DNA from: Patescibacteria group bacterium
GTDB taxonomy: Bacteria; Patescibacteriota; Minisyncoccia; GCA-002772825
Direction: 5' to 3'
DNA length: 64,000 bases
Assembly: GCA_024654625.1 (NCBI GenBank)
Contig: JANLHB010000016.1
Location: 128,137 to 192,136, forward strand
In this document: positions 36,318-45,532 of the stretch, one piece after another
Position numbering within the stretch: the stretch's first letter is position 1
Layout of the letters: the number at the start of each line of letters is the position of its first letter
Made by a program: the position numbers and the translations under genes
Notes under the pieces: model-generated
Databases searched by the model: none
The model's input: the letters and a program-made list of their open reading frames with translations, nothing else
What the model was told of the DNA's origin: nothing

Positions 36318-37337
36318 ATGCAATTTAAAGAAGCAATCGATCAATTTTCTAACTGGCGCAGGTTTAAGGTCAAAGTTCAGACCGTAAAAGGTTACGATCA
36401 GACACTGAGACAATTCTGCCTCTACCTTCGAAACCCCCAGATCGAGGACATATCAATCCATCATGTCATGGACTATTTGAATGGCATGAAAGAACTGGGA
36501 TGGGACCAAAATAGCTTTGTCGGGAAGTGCATGGCTCTGCGCAAGTTCTTTGAATTTTATCGACTTCAGAACTATGCAGTTCTCGATGAGAACCTGATTC
36601 CGATACCCAGCAAAGAACATAAACTTCCAAGGGTTGCAAAAGAGGCGGATTATAGGCAACTGATTGCCGCCATACCCGTAAAGACCACCGATCCTCGTCA
36701 TATCCGAAACTTAGCCATCGTGAATTTGTTATGGGACACCGGCGCGAGAAACGGAGAGGTGCTTGCATTAGATGTAGATGATCTGGACATGGAGAGACGC
36801 CGAGCGGTTATCAATACTGAGAAATCAAAAGGAAGGCGGCCGTTTCGGGAATTATTCTGGACACAATCAACCAACGACAGTATATGGGCTTGGTTGAAAA
36901 AAAGAGAACACCTAAAAAAGACAATGGCGTTCAAGGAACCAGATGCTCTCTTTCTCTCGATATGCGCCGGCCAGCACGATACGACAGGCAGACGATTCAC
37001 TATCCGAGGAGTCGGTGAAATGTTGAGGCGTTATTCAAACAGAGCTAAGTTGCCCTACTTGAACGCTCATAGTTTTCGACACCATATGGGTCACCACATT
37101 ATAAAGAGCGGCGGATCAAGCGCCGATGTGATGAATATACTTGGCCACTCGTCGGTCCAGAGCTCGACAATTTACACGATGATGACTGATCACGAATTGG
37201 AAAAGAGATATCGAGGATTCATGAACGATACTCCGACAAAAGAAAGAGCAGAGAGGATAGAGAGAGCAGAAAGAGTTGCGAGAGTCGAAAACTCCGTAGA
37301 GAAATTTGCGAGACCCGTCGTCCCGTTGCCAGATTAA
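36318..37337 (+). CDS. Tyrosine recombinase (XerC/XerD-like phage integrase family)
   Basis: SAM-like N-terminal core-binding domain. Catalytic residues: WDTGARNGE (Arg), HSFRHHMGHH (H-x-x-R) and LGHSSVQSSTIYT (Tyr). Confidence 0.85.
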   Translation: MQFKEAIDQFSNWRRFKVKVQTVKGYDQTLRQFCLYLRNPQIEDISIHHVMDYLNGMKELGWDQNSFVGKCMALRKFFEFYRLQNYAVLDENLIPIPSKEHKLPRVAKEADYRQLIAAIPVKTTDPRHIRNLAIVNLLWDTGARNGEVLALDVDDLDMERRRAVINTEKSKGRRPFRELFWTQSTNDSIWAWLKKREHLKKTMAFKEPDALFLSICAGQHDTTGRRFTIRGVGEMLRRYSNRAKLPYLNAHSFRHHMGHHIIKSGGSSADVMNILGHSSVQSSTIYTMMTDHELEKRYRGFMNDTPTKERAERIERAERVARVENSVEKFARPVVPLPD

Positions 37338-37654
37338 CCAACTGTGGGCATCTATCAGCTTGATAGAATACCCCGATAAGTTATAATGAATATACGAAAA
37401 GACAGCTGTGGGCAACTCAACTTGATGACTTTGAGAACTTAGCATAGGGTTGTCCTTGAAAGAGAAAAGACAGACCTTTGACAACCCGACTTTTACTCCC
37501 AGATGATCCGACGGCAACCTACCGACGGGCCATCTGGGGAGTAAAATAAACACTCGTAAGACAAAAGGTTTTGGGACTACCCAAAGACCCGCATGACAAT
37601 TAGCCCAGTGGATGAAATATAAAAAGTGTCATGGGAGGTAAAAATTAATAATCC

Positions 37655-37671
37655 GGCTATGCGATAGCCAG
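37655..37671. repeat. REP-like palindrome GGCTATGCGATAGCCAG (left flank of the RAYT gene)
   Basis: 6-bp stem GGCTAT/ATAGCC with a GCG loop. The identical copy is at 38321-38337 and the inverted copy at 38557-38571. Confidence 0.6.
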
Positions 37672-37686
37672 AAGTTAAAAAAAAAG

Positions 37687-38343
37687 ATGAAAGGTGATAT
37701 TTTTCATATTATAAACAGGGGAGTGGAAAAAAGAAAAATCTTTTTAACAGATGAAGATTATTTACGTTTCATTCATAATTTAAAGGATTTTAATTGTAGT
37801 GATCTAGTTACAGCTTCATATCATGATAGGCGAAAATATGAACAGTCGTTGCTTGAGAGACGGTTAAATACAAAATTAGACAATGAATTAGTGGATATAT
37901 TGTGTTGGTGCCTTATGCCAAATCATTACCATATACTTGTTCAGGAAAAAATAGATAAGGGGGTCAGTATGTTTTCTAAAAAAATAAGCAGCGGATATAC
38001 TCAATCTTTTAATTTAAAATATAAGAGATCGGGAGTTTTGTTTCAAGGTCGGTCAAAAATTATTCAAATAGAAAATGATGAGCATCTTCTATTTATCCCT
38101 TATTACATTTTTTCTAATCCCATTAAACTAATAAAAAAGAATTGGAAAGATTATGGTTTGGATAACGCGGAAAAAGCAGTTGAATTCTTAGAAAGCTATA
38201 AGTGGTCAAATTATTCAATTGTGACAAATAATAAGGACTATCCTTTCGTAGGTGACAGAGATCTGTTTTTTGAAATCTTTGATACTAATAAGGAGCAGTT
38301 TAGAAAAGATTTTATAACCTGGCTATGCGATAGCCAGAAATAA
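37687..38343 (+). CDS. IS200/IS605-family Y1 (HuH) transposase / REP-associated tyrosine transposase (RAYT)
   Basis: CWCLMPNHYHILVQ contains the HuH motif (HYH) typical of the IS200-like TnpA fold. The gene is flanked by REP-like palindromes. Confidence 0.75.
   Translation: MKGDIFHIINRGVEKRKIFLTDEDYLRFIHNLKDFNCSDLVTASYHDRRKYEQSLLERRLNTKLDNELVDILCWCLMPNHYHILVQEKIDKGVSMFSKKISSGYTQSFNLKYKRSGVLFQGRSKIIQIENDEHLLFIPYYIFSNPIKLIKKNWKDYGLDNAEKAVEFLESYKWSNYSIVTNNKDYPFVGDRDLFFEIFDTNKEQFRKDFITWLCDSQK
38321..38337. repeat. REP-like palindrome GGCTATGCGATAGCCAG (right end, inside the 3' end of the RAYT gene)
   Basis: Exact copy of the 37655-37671 element. Confidence 0.6.
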
Positions 38344-38556
38344 AAAGTGCCATGGAAAATAAATAAAGGTGATTAAGGCCAATGGTCTCGATCCCCTTAC
38401 TGGGGGCATTAGGTTCGTTTCATCAGATTTTTCTGCAAGTCGTGATCTTACAAAATCATCCAATAACTTATGGCCGCATTTTGCCCCCCCCCACGCGTAC
38501 TACATTATTGAGCCGAATACAGTATAGAAAAAGAATATATTATTGTCTAGGAACTC

Positions 38557-38601
38557 GGCTATCGCATAGCCGTAAGCATAGCCGTAAGTATAGCCGTAAG
38601 T
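38557..38601. repeat. Inverted copy of the REP-like palindrome (GGCTATCGCATAGCC) running into a 3x tandem 12-mer (G/T)CATAGCCGTAA
   Basis: The reverse complement of the flanking palindrome is followed by gcatagccgtaa gcatagccgtaa gtatagccgtaa. Confidence 0.55.
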
Positions 38602-38680
38602 TGAAAATAAAAATATTGAACATAGAGCATATTTGTATTATACTTATTATACTTATTGAAGAAAATTAAGGAGGTAATTT

Positions 38681-38899
38681 ATGGATAAAATAAAACTTGG
38701 AATATATGAACATAGTAAAAGCGGAAAAAGGTACGAAGTTTTAGGTGTGGGAAAGCACTCTGAAACTCTAGAGGAGATGGTTGTCTATAAAGCGCTCTAT
38801 GGAGAGGGTGGTATCTGGATAAGGCCACTTGAAATGTTTTTAGAAGAGGTGGAAATTGATGGTCAGAAACTCCCGAGATTTAAATATGTTGGAGAGTAA
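38681..38899 (+). CDS. DUF1653-family small protein
   Basis: YEHSKSGKRYEVLGVGKHSETLEEMVVYKALYGEGGIWIRPLEMF matches the DUF1653 pattern (YRHYKG..Y.V..VA.HTET.E..VVYQALYGD..LWVRP..MF). AGGAGG RBS upstream. Confidence 0.7.
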   Translation: MDKIKLGIYEHSKSGKRYEVLGVGKHSETLEEMVVYKALYGEGGIWIRPLEMFLEEVEIDGQKLPRFKYVGE

Positions 38900-38936
38900 A
38901 AACCCTTATTGTTTAATCAATAAGGGTTTTTCTTGT
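38900..38936 (+). terminator. Intrinsic terminator (AAACCCTTATTG-TTTAATC-CAATAAGGGTTT followed by TTCTTGTT)
   Basis: Perfect 12-bp inverted repeat immediately after the stop codon, followed by a T-rich tract. Confidence 0.6.
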
Positions 38937-39002
38937 TATTAAATTGAAATAATATCGTCTTATGTATATGATAAGAGGATATAAAATTTTTAAAATATAT
39001 GT

Positions 39003-40514
39003 ATGTTTAATTTTAGAAAAAAATTACCAATAGGCGTGGACATAAGCGACTCTTCTGTTGAAGTCTTAAGACTCAATGGGAAGAGAGAGATTGTTAATCA
39101 CGCTAGAATTATTTTACCTGAAGGCATAGTTGAGAATGGCAAAATAATAGATAAAGAAAAGCTTGTCTTAAGTTTAAAGGAAGTTTTAGAAAAAGCTGGC
39201 GGTAGAGACGTCGTATCTTCGTCAAAAAAGATAAAGGTTGTTATAAGCTTGCCCGAATCTAAGGTTTTTGTCCGTAATTTTGAGTTACCCATTGATCTGA
39301 AGAATGATGATTTGAAACAAGAGATAATGAGTGAGATAAATAAGATCGCCCCATCCGGATTGGATACTGTTTATTGGGATTACGTTTTGGTCTCTACCAA
39401 AAAATCTCATCATATATTATTTGTCGCTGTGCCTAAATATCTAGTAGATGAATACAAAGAAGTGGCTGAACTTGCCGGTCTTGAAGTTATAATAATAGAT
39501 GTTGAAGCGTCTTCTCTTGGGCGCGCTCTTTTGAAACCCTTATTTTTGAAAGCGAATTCTATGGTGGTGGACATTGGCACAAGGACAAGCGACATAAGTA
39601 TCTTTGGTCGTGATGGATTGCTTCATCTTTCTGTTTCAGCGCCCGTTGCCGGAAGTCAGTTAACTCAAGCTGTAATGGATAAATTAGCCAAAAGTCGCGA
39701 GGAATCCGAAGAATTAAAAAGAACTTTTGGTTTTAACGATAATGGAGAAGGGCATCAAATTTCTGTTATATTGAAAAATTCTTTTGAAGAGGTTTTGGAT
39801 AAAATAAAAAAAGCCATTAATTATTATCAAAATAATGTTAATGGAAAAGTGGAGGAGATTATTTTAGCGGGAGGGTCATCTTCTTTACCCGGTTTAGATG
39901 AATATTTAGAAAAGAGTCTTGGTGTAAAAGTTAAGATAGGCAATCCTATTGAAAAGTTAAAAAATGGGCAGATCTTAAATAATAGAGAAAAACAGTCAGT
40001 TCTTTTTTCCAACGTCATAGGATTGGCTCTAAGGGGTCTTGATGATTCTTGGAGGGGGATAAATTTATTGCCTAAAGTATCAGGAAGCAGTATCAAAAGA
40101 GAAGTGATTTTAAAATATTTACTTAGTTTGCTCGTTGGTATCTTAATTTTAGCGTCTTTGGGGTATACTTTTTATTCTCATCGTACAAAATCGCAAAATC
40201 AAGACGTTGTTCCACTTGTAGAAAATTCTCTTATTTCAGCTACGAGCACTGATATGATAAGTGATGAGATTGATGGTATGTCAATACAAATAGAGGAAGA
40301 GATTATAAAAGAAGAAGTAATTATAACAAACACACCCACAGGCTGGCTTAATGTAAGAAGTGGCCCTGGGACTAGTTATGCTCAAATAACTAAAGTCTAT
40401 CCAAAAGAAACCTACTCATTGATAGAAGAGAAAGACGATTGGTATAAGATAACAATAGATGAAAAAACTGAAGGGTGGGTCATCTCTGACTACGCAACAA
40501 TAAAGAGCAATTAA
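39003..40514 (+). CDS. pilM: Type IV pilus assembly PilM-PilN fusion protein with a C-terminal SH3b domain
   Basis: PilM-like actin-fold N-terminus (KKLPIGVDISDSSVEVLRL). PilN motif GINLLPK with a transmembrane segment (LLSLLVGILILASLGY). C-terminal SH3_3-like GWLNVRSGPGTSYAQITKVYPKETYSLIEEKDDWYKITIDEKTEGWVISDY. Confidence 0.7.
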   Translation: MFNFRKKLPIGVDISDSSVEVLRLNGKREIVNHARIILPEGIVENGKIIDKEKLVLSLKEVLEKAGGRDVVSSSKKIKVVISLPESKVFVRNFELPIDLKNDDLKQEIMSEINKIAPSGLDTVYWDYVLVSTKKSHHILFVAVPKYLVDEYKEVAELAGLEVIIIDVEASSLGRALLKPLFLKANSMVVDIGTRTSDISIFGRDGLLHLSVSAPVAGSQLTQAVMDKLAKSREESEELKRTFGFNDNGEGHQISVILKNSFEEVLDKIKKAINYYQNNVNGKVEEIILAGGSSSLPGLDEYLEKSLGVKVKIGNPIEKLKNGQILNNREKQSVLFSNVIGLALRGLDDSWRGINLLPKVSGSSIKREVILKYLLSLLVGILILASLGYTFYSHRTKSQNQDVVPLVENSLISATSTDMISDEIDGMSIQIEEEIIKEEVIITNTPTGWLNVRSGPGTSYAQITKVYPKETYSLIEEKDDWYKITIDEKTEGWVISDYATIKSN

Positions 40515-40524
40515 AATGCTCAAG

Positions 40525-40566
40525 AGCTATATATAGCTATATATAGCTATATATAGCTATATATAG
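40525..40566. repeat. Tandem decamer (AGCTATATAT)x4
   Basis: Four exact tandem copies directly after the pilM stop codon. Confidence 0.8.
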
Positions 40567-40569
40567 ATG

Positions 40570-40676
40570 GTAGCTCTACGGACGTCGGCTCTACGGACGT
40601 ACGACGTCCGTAGGACTTACATCCGTCGCTCTACCTACGGACGTCGTACGTCCGTAGAGCTTTTTGATTTTTTTTA
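40570..40676 (+). terminator. Extended GC-rich composite palindrome (CTACGGACGTACGACGTCCGTAG and its reverse complement, nested in GCTCTACGG...CCGTAGAGC) followed by a T-tract: strong terminator or structured element
   Basis: Copy 40597-40619 and copy 40635-40657 are exact reverse complements. The outer GCTCTAC/GTAGAGC arms pair, and T5GAT8 follows. Confidence 0.55.
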
Positions 40677-40695
40677 TTGATCAAGGTAGAATGAT

Positions 40696-41154
40696 GTGAT
40701 AATGGAAAATAACGAATATCTTCATGAGGTGGCAATCACCGCCATCATTATAAAAGATGGGAAGTATCTTATCACCAGGCGCGCGCCCGACAAGAAGAAA
40801 TTTCCAGGAATGTGGACTGTGCCGGGCGGGAGAATGGAGAAAAGCGATTATCTTAAACTTCCTAAAGACACTAATCATCATTGGTATAATGTATTAGAAA
40901 AGACACTAAGGAGAGAGGTTAAAGAAGAGACAGGTCTTGAGATTGATAATATCTGGTATGTGACGAGCCTTGCTCTTATAGGTAAAGATGATGTGCCTTC
41001 TTTAATAATCTCTTGCGCAGCTGATTACGTAGGAGGCGAAGTAAAACTTCAAGAAGAAGAATGTGATGAGTTTAAATGGGTGACTCTGGAAGAATCAAAA
41101 AAAATACGATTTAATAGAAGGGATATATGGAGAGCTATTAATGACAGAACATAA
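40696..41154 (+). CDS. NUDIX hydrolase
   Basis: Nudix box GGRMEKSDYLKLPKDTNHHWYNVLEKTLRREVKEETGL (GX5EX7REUXEEXGU). Confidence 0.8.
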   Translation: MIMENNEYLHEVAITAIIIKDGKYLITRRAPDKKKFPGMWTVPGGRMEKSDYLKLPKDTNHHWYNVLEKTLRREVKEETGLEIDNIWYVTSLALIGKDDVPSLIISCAADYVGGEVKLQEEECDEFKWVTLEESKKIRFNRRDIWRAINDRT

Positions 41155-41175
41155 GCTTAGAGGCGAGAAGGTGGA

Positions 41176-42678
41176 ATGGAAGAAAATATAATTATGGATA
41201 AATATACGCTCACTGTCGGACTTGAGATACATGCAGAGCTAAAGACGCAGACTAAAATGTTTTGCGATTCTTTGAATGACCCCTTAGAGAAACGGCCAAA
41301 TGTTAACGTATGTCCTGTCTGTATGGGACATCCAGGCACTTTGCCGGTTGCTAACAAGGAGGCGGTGAAAAAGGTGTTATTTGTCGGCAAGGCTTTGGGC
41401 GGCAAATTAGCTGACTATTCTCAATTTGATAGGAAAAATTATTTCTACCCGGATATTCCTAAAGGTTATCAGATAAGTCAGTATAAATATCCGCTTGTCT
41501 CAGGCGGCACTTTAAATGGGGTAGAGATTACTCGTATCCACTTAGAGGAGGATACGGGCAAGCTTTTGCATGACGATGATCCGAGTTCAAGTCATGTGGA
41601 TTATAACAGAGCCGGGATTCCTCTTATGGAGCTTGTGACAGAGCCTTGCATAACATCGGCTAAGCAAGCCAGTGAATTCGCTCAAGAGCTACAACTTCTC
41701 TTGCGTTATCTTGATGTGTCAGATGCTGATATGGAGAAGGGCTTGATGCGCGTGGAGGCGAATATTTCTTTAGCGCCTTTAATGGTGGACAGAGGCGGAG
41801 AGCTTGGTCTAAACCAATCTGAAAGATTGGTCGACCGAACAGATTTGCAAAGTAAATCTGTTTTAGGTACCAAAGTGGAAGTTAAGAATTTAAATTCATT
41901 TCGCTCCGTTTTGCGCGCCATAGAGTATGAAGCAAAGAGGCAGTCGGAGATTTTAGATAAAGGAGAGAAAATTGTTCACGAGACGCGCGGGTTTGACGAA
42001 GTGAAAGGAATTACTTATTCGCAGAGGGAAAAAGAGCTCGCGCATGATTATAGATATTTCCCCGAGCCGGATTTGCCTCCGCTTAAAATAAGCGAGCTTG
42101 ATTTTGGCGATATGCCTTTACCGGAATTGCCATGGGAAAAAAGAGAAAGATTTAAAAAAGATTATGGTTTAGCCGACGAAAAGATTCTAAATATTTTTAT
42201 ACAAGAAAAGAGTATTGCTGATTTTCTTGAGAAGACAGCAGTCATTTTAAAAGAAGATTCTTCTGTGAAGCTTGCTGTGAATTATATTACGACTGATTTG
42301 CTGGGCTTGATGAAAGACAAAGGGTATAGTTTTGCTGATATAAAAATCACTCCTGAGAATTTTGCGAAACTTATCAGAGTTATTAAAGAAGGGAGTATTA
42401 ATTCGCGCGCCGGCAAAGATGTGCTAGCGCTAACGCTTGAAAGCGGGGAAGACCCAGAGGCTATCATTAAGGAGAAGGGGCTGACGCAGACGAGTGACGA
42501 AAGCGCTTTAGAGGAAGTTGCCAAAGAGATAATAGAGTCGAACCCCAACGCCGTGGCGGATTATAAAGCGGGTAAGGAAAATGCCTTGAAGTTCTTCATA
42601 GGTCAGGGGATGGCCAAGACTCGCGGCAGTGCCAATCCGAAAGTCCTCGAAGATGTTTTTAAAAAACTTTTAGAGTAA
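41176..42678 (+). CDS. gatB: Aspartyl/glutamyl-tRNA(Asn/Gln) amidotransferase subunit B
   Basis: N-terminus YTLTVGLEIHAELKTQTKMFC and the overall length and C-terminal YqeY-like region are typical of GatB. The true start may be the ATG at 41194. Confidence 0.85.
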   Translation: MEENIIMDKYTLTVGLEIHAELKTQTKMFCDSLNDPLEKRPNVNVCPVCMGHPGTLPVANKEAVKKVLFVGKALGGKLADYSQFDRKNYFYPDIPKGYQISQYKYPLVSGGTLNGVEITRIHLEEDTGKLLHDDDPSSSHVDYNRAGIPLMELVTEPCITSAKQASEFAQELQLLLRYLDVSDADMEKGLMRVEANISLAPLMVDRGGELGLNQSERLVDRTDLQSKSVLGTKVEVKNLNSFRSVLRAIEYEAKRQSEILDKGEKIVHETRGFDEVKGITYSQREKELAHDYRYFPEPDLPPLKISELDFGDMPLPELPWEKRERFKKDYGLADEKILNIFIQEKSIADFLEKTAVILKEDSSVKLAVNYITTDLLGLMKDKGYSFADIKITPENFAKLIRVIKEGSINSRAGKDVLALTLESGEDPEAIIKEKGLTQTSDESALEEVAKEIIESNPNAVADYKAGKENALKFFIGQGMAKTRGSANPKVLEDVFKKLLE

Positions 42679-42690
42679 ACGGCTCCCTCA

Positions 42691-42725
42691 TGTCCAACAC
42701 TCGGTGTTGGACAGTTAGTGTTATG
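42691..42725 (+). terminator. Intrinsic terminator (TGTCCAACAC-TCG-GTGTTGGACA)
   Basis: Perfect 10-bp inverted repeat 13 nt after the gatB stop, followed by a T-rich stretch. Confidence 0.55.
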
Positions 42726-42792
42726 TGGATAAGGTTTATCAGAGATTATGTTATAATATCAGTATTATTATTTAATTTATTTAATCAAAGAT

Positions 42793-43821
42793 ATGGCAAT
42801 AAAAGTGGCAATTAATGGGTTTGGCCGTATAGGTCGGCAAGTTTTGAGATTAGCAAGTACTACTCCAGAGATTGAAGTGGTGGCTATTAATGACTTGGGA
42901 GATGTTGATAATCTTGCTTATCTTTTAAAATATGATTCAGCGCAAGGTAAATTTAAACATGATATCTCTACTTTAAAAGGAGAGGGAAGTCCGGCTCTTA
43001 TAGTAGACGGGAAAAGGATTGGTTTTTTCAGCGAGAAGGATCCGTCTGTCTTGCCGTGGGGAGAACTTGGTATTGATGTAGTAGTGGAATCTACCGGTTT
43101 CTTTACCGAATACAACAAAGCTAAAGCGCATATTGAAGCGGGTGCTAAGAGGGTTGTAATATCTGCTCCGGCAAAAGGAGAAGAAGGAGTAGACGGCAAC
43201 ACAATCCTTATGGGTATAAATGAAGAAGGATTGAAGACATGCGTTGTTTCTTCAAATGCATCTTGTACCACAAACTCTGTTTCTCCTGTGGCTCAGATTA
43301 TGCACGAGACGATAGGTGTGGAAAAAGCATTTTTAAATACAGTTCATGGCTACACTTCTACTCAGAAGCTAGTTGATAGTCCGGACGCGAAAGATTGGCG
43401 AAGAGGAAGAGCGGCGGCGGTGAATATAGTTCCTTCTACTACCGGTGCCGCTATCTCTGTGACAAAAGCCATTACAGAACTTGATGGAAAATTTGACGGT
43501 ATGGCTATGCGCGTGCCTGTTGTGTCCGGCTCAGTGGCGGACTTCACTTTTCTTGCTAAGAGAAAAACTTCAGCGGAAGAGATAAGAGATATCTTTAAGA
43601 AAGCGGCGCAAGATGAGAGATGGAAAGGGATCTTTGCTGTCAGCGATGAAGGTTTGGTCTCATCAGATATTATCGGTTTGCCGCATGCTTCTATTGTAGA
43701 CCTTGAATTTATAAAAGTGGTAGACGGTGATTTGGTGAAGATTCTTTCGTGGTATGACAATGAAATGGGGTATACGAACAGTTTGGTAAAACACGTTATT
43801 GAAGCCGGGAAATTAGTTTAA
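42793..43821 (+). CDS. gap: Glyceraldehyde-3-phosphate dehydrogenase
   Basis: MAIKVAINGFGRIGR NAD-binding N-terminus and an active-site region ASCTTNS. Confidence 0.9.
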   Translation: MAIKVAINGFGRIGRQVLRLASTTPEIEVVAINDLGDVDNLAYLLKYDSAQGKFKHDISTLKGEGSPALIVDGKRIGFFSEKDPSVLPWGELGIDVVVESTGFFTEYNKAKAHIEAGAKRVVISAPAKGEEGVDGNTILMGINEEGLKTCVVSSNASCTTNSVSPVAQIMHETIGVEKAFLNTVHGYTSTQKLVDSPDAKDWRRGRAAAVNIVPSTTGAAISVTKAITELDGKFDGMAMRVPVVSGSVADFTFLAKRKTSAEEIRDIFKKAAQDERWKGIFAVSDEGLVSSDIIGLPHASIVDLEFIKVVDGDLVKILSWYDNEMGYTNSLVKHVIEAGKLV

Positions 43822-43830
43822 TAATAATTT

Positions 43831-44274
43831 ATGATTTATTTAGCCTCTGACCACGCCGGATTTGAATTAAAAGAAAAGTTGCAGACTTTTCTTAGCGAGC
43901 TTGGTTTTGAAGTTGAAGATATCGGGAATCATAATCATGAAGAAGGAGATGATTATCCGGATTTTATTTTTCCTGCGGCAAAAAAAGTAGCCGAAGACCC
44001 TGAGAATAACAGGGCGATAATTTTGGGCGGTTCAGGACAAGGCGAGGCAATAGCCGCTAACCGTATTAAAGGGGTGAGGGCGGCTGTTTTCTATGGCGGA
44101 CCGCTTGATATTATTAAACTATCTCGTGAACATAATGATGCTAACATATTGTCGCTTGGCGCCAGATTTATTTTTGAAAATGAAGCTAAAGAGGCGGTAA
44201 GGATGTGGCTTGAAACCTCGTTTTCCGATGGAGAAAGACACAAAAGAAGGATTGAGAAGATAGATAAAATTTAA
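43831..44274 (+). CDS. rpiB: Ribose-5-phosphate isomerase B (RpiB/LacAB family)
   Basis: MIYLASDHAGFELKEKL N-terminus, about 147 aa with an RpiB-like core. Confidence 0.8.
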   Translation: MIYLASDHAGFELKEKLQTFLSELGFEVEDIGNHNHEEGDDYPDFIFPAAKKVAEDPENNRAIILGGSGQGEAIAANRIKGVRAAVFYGGPLDIIKLSREHNDANILSLGARFIFENEAKEAVRMWLETSFSDGERHKRRIEKIDKI

Positions 44275-44275
44275 T

Positions 44276-45532
44276 ATGTTTGAAAATCAATTTGAAAAAA
44301 CCGTTGTAGATAAAGCGGGAAAAGAGGAAAATATTCAAGAGGTATTTTCAGAAAAATCAGTTGATGAAAGTATTAAAGAAAATCCAAAAGGTTTTTTAAA
44401 TTGGTTCTCATCATTTAAGGATTCTATTGGAAGTTGGCCGGAAAAATTTTTCAAAGATAAATCTTTAAGGAGCTCTATTTTATACGCTTCTATCACTGCC
44501 TGTATATTGCAAGCGGGGACGGTAAATGCCTCAGAAAATGAAATAGATAAAGTGGCGCTTGGAGCGAATAACACCACTGCTGTCTCAGAAATTATAGAAA
44601 GTGAAAGTTCGGAGTCTCCCAAAAGAATCAGGGTGGAAGATTTGGCGAGTATCCAAGATAGAGAGGATAGGGAAGCGGTAGCTGAACGGGTGAATTTTGA
44701 ATTGGAAACTTTTGACAGACTCTCAAGTGATTTTAATAGTTATCTTAATGATAAAATTAAGGGAAGTCCGGATCTTTTTCCCGACGAGATTATTAAAAAA
44801 GTGGCAGGTGGCGAAAAAGTGTTTGACATTGCAGGGAGAATGGAGGCCAAAATTATTGAGGCAAATGATAATTACCTGGAATACAAAAATGGCAACTTTG
44901 ATATTGAAGGCTATTTTGACCGGACTAAGAAGATATTTGATAATGGCAAAATAAGTTTCTCTGAACTTGCTAAAGTTTTGCCTGAGGTGGTGTTAGCTCA
45001 GAAGATGTCTGTCCTTGTGCACGAGATTGGACATGAGAATGAGGCGCTCCGACAAGGTGCAGATACGGCGACAACCACTTTAAATCTATTTGGAGGGTAT
45101 ACAGAATGGAGTGGTGATGTTAAAAATACGGCGGCTATCAATGTTTCCGGTATGAATGCTGATAAAAGATATGGCGAGTTTCTTGTGAATACGATGAGAG
45201 AAGGAGATTCTCCCGGTCAGTTTATGGCTATTATGGCACTTGTCGCCAAGTCGGAGGCGATGAATTATGCGTTATCGACATATTTAACAAGCGCCATGCA
45301 GGAGCATAAAGGGAATGACATTATAGGATATGCGAAGAACACAGGCGCTTCCGTAGAAGAGCTTGCATTAGGATTGACGGCTGATTTTATCATGGATAGT
45401 GATAATTGGAGGCTCATGGGGACTGCGCTTGGGATGGATGGGATCAAATTTCCACAAACAACTTTTTCTCCCATGTATGAGCTTGGAGAGCGCGGACCTA
45501 TTATAGGAATAAAGTTTAAGGGAACATGGTAG
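44276..45532 (+). CDS. Hypothetical protein with an HExxH motif (putative metallopeptidase-like)
   Basis: 418 aa with a hydrophobic segment near aa 60-80 and VLVHEIGHENE (HEIGH). It is embedded in the sugar-phosphate gene cluster. Confidence 0.45.
   Translation: MFENQFEKTVVDKAGKEENIQEVFSEKSVDESIKENPKGFLNWFSSFKDSIGSWPEKFFKDKSLRSSILYASITACILQAGTVNASENEIDKVALGANNTTAVSEIIESESSESPKRIRVEDLASIQDREDREAVAERVNFELETFDRLSSDFNSYLNDKIKGSPDLFPDEIIKKVAGGEKVFDIAGRMEAKIIEANDNYLEYKNGNFDIEGYFDRTKKIFDNGKISFSELAKVLPEVVLAQKMSVLVHEIGHENEALRQGADTATTTLNLFGGYTEWSGDVKNTAAINVSGMNADKRYGEFLVNTMREGDSPGQFMAIMALVAKSEAMNYALSTYLTSAMQEHKGNDIIGYAKNTGASVEELALGLTADFIMDSDNWRLMGTALGMDGIKFPQTTFSPMYELGERGPIIGIKFKGTW

Noticed and set aside
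36453-37553. Minus-strand ORFs (36453-36701, 36466-36768, 36698-37000, 37116-37553) within or after the recombinase gene
   Set aside because: These are antisense to, or overlapping, a well-supported tyrosine recombinase. They have no motifs and atypical composition.
38565-38601. Possible CRISPR array (gcatagccgtaa repeats)
   Set aside because: It has only three directly abutting 12-nt copies with no spacers and no cas genes. It is a microsatellite-like tandem repeat attached to a REP palindrome, not a CRISPR array.
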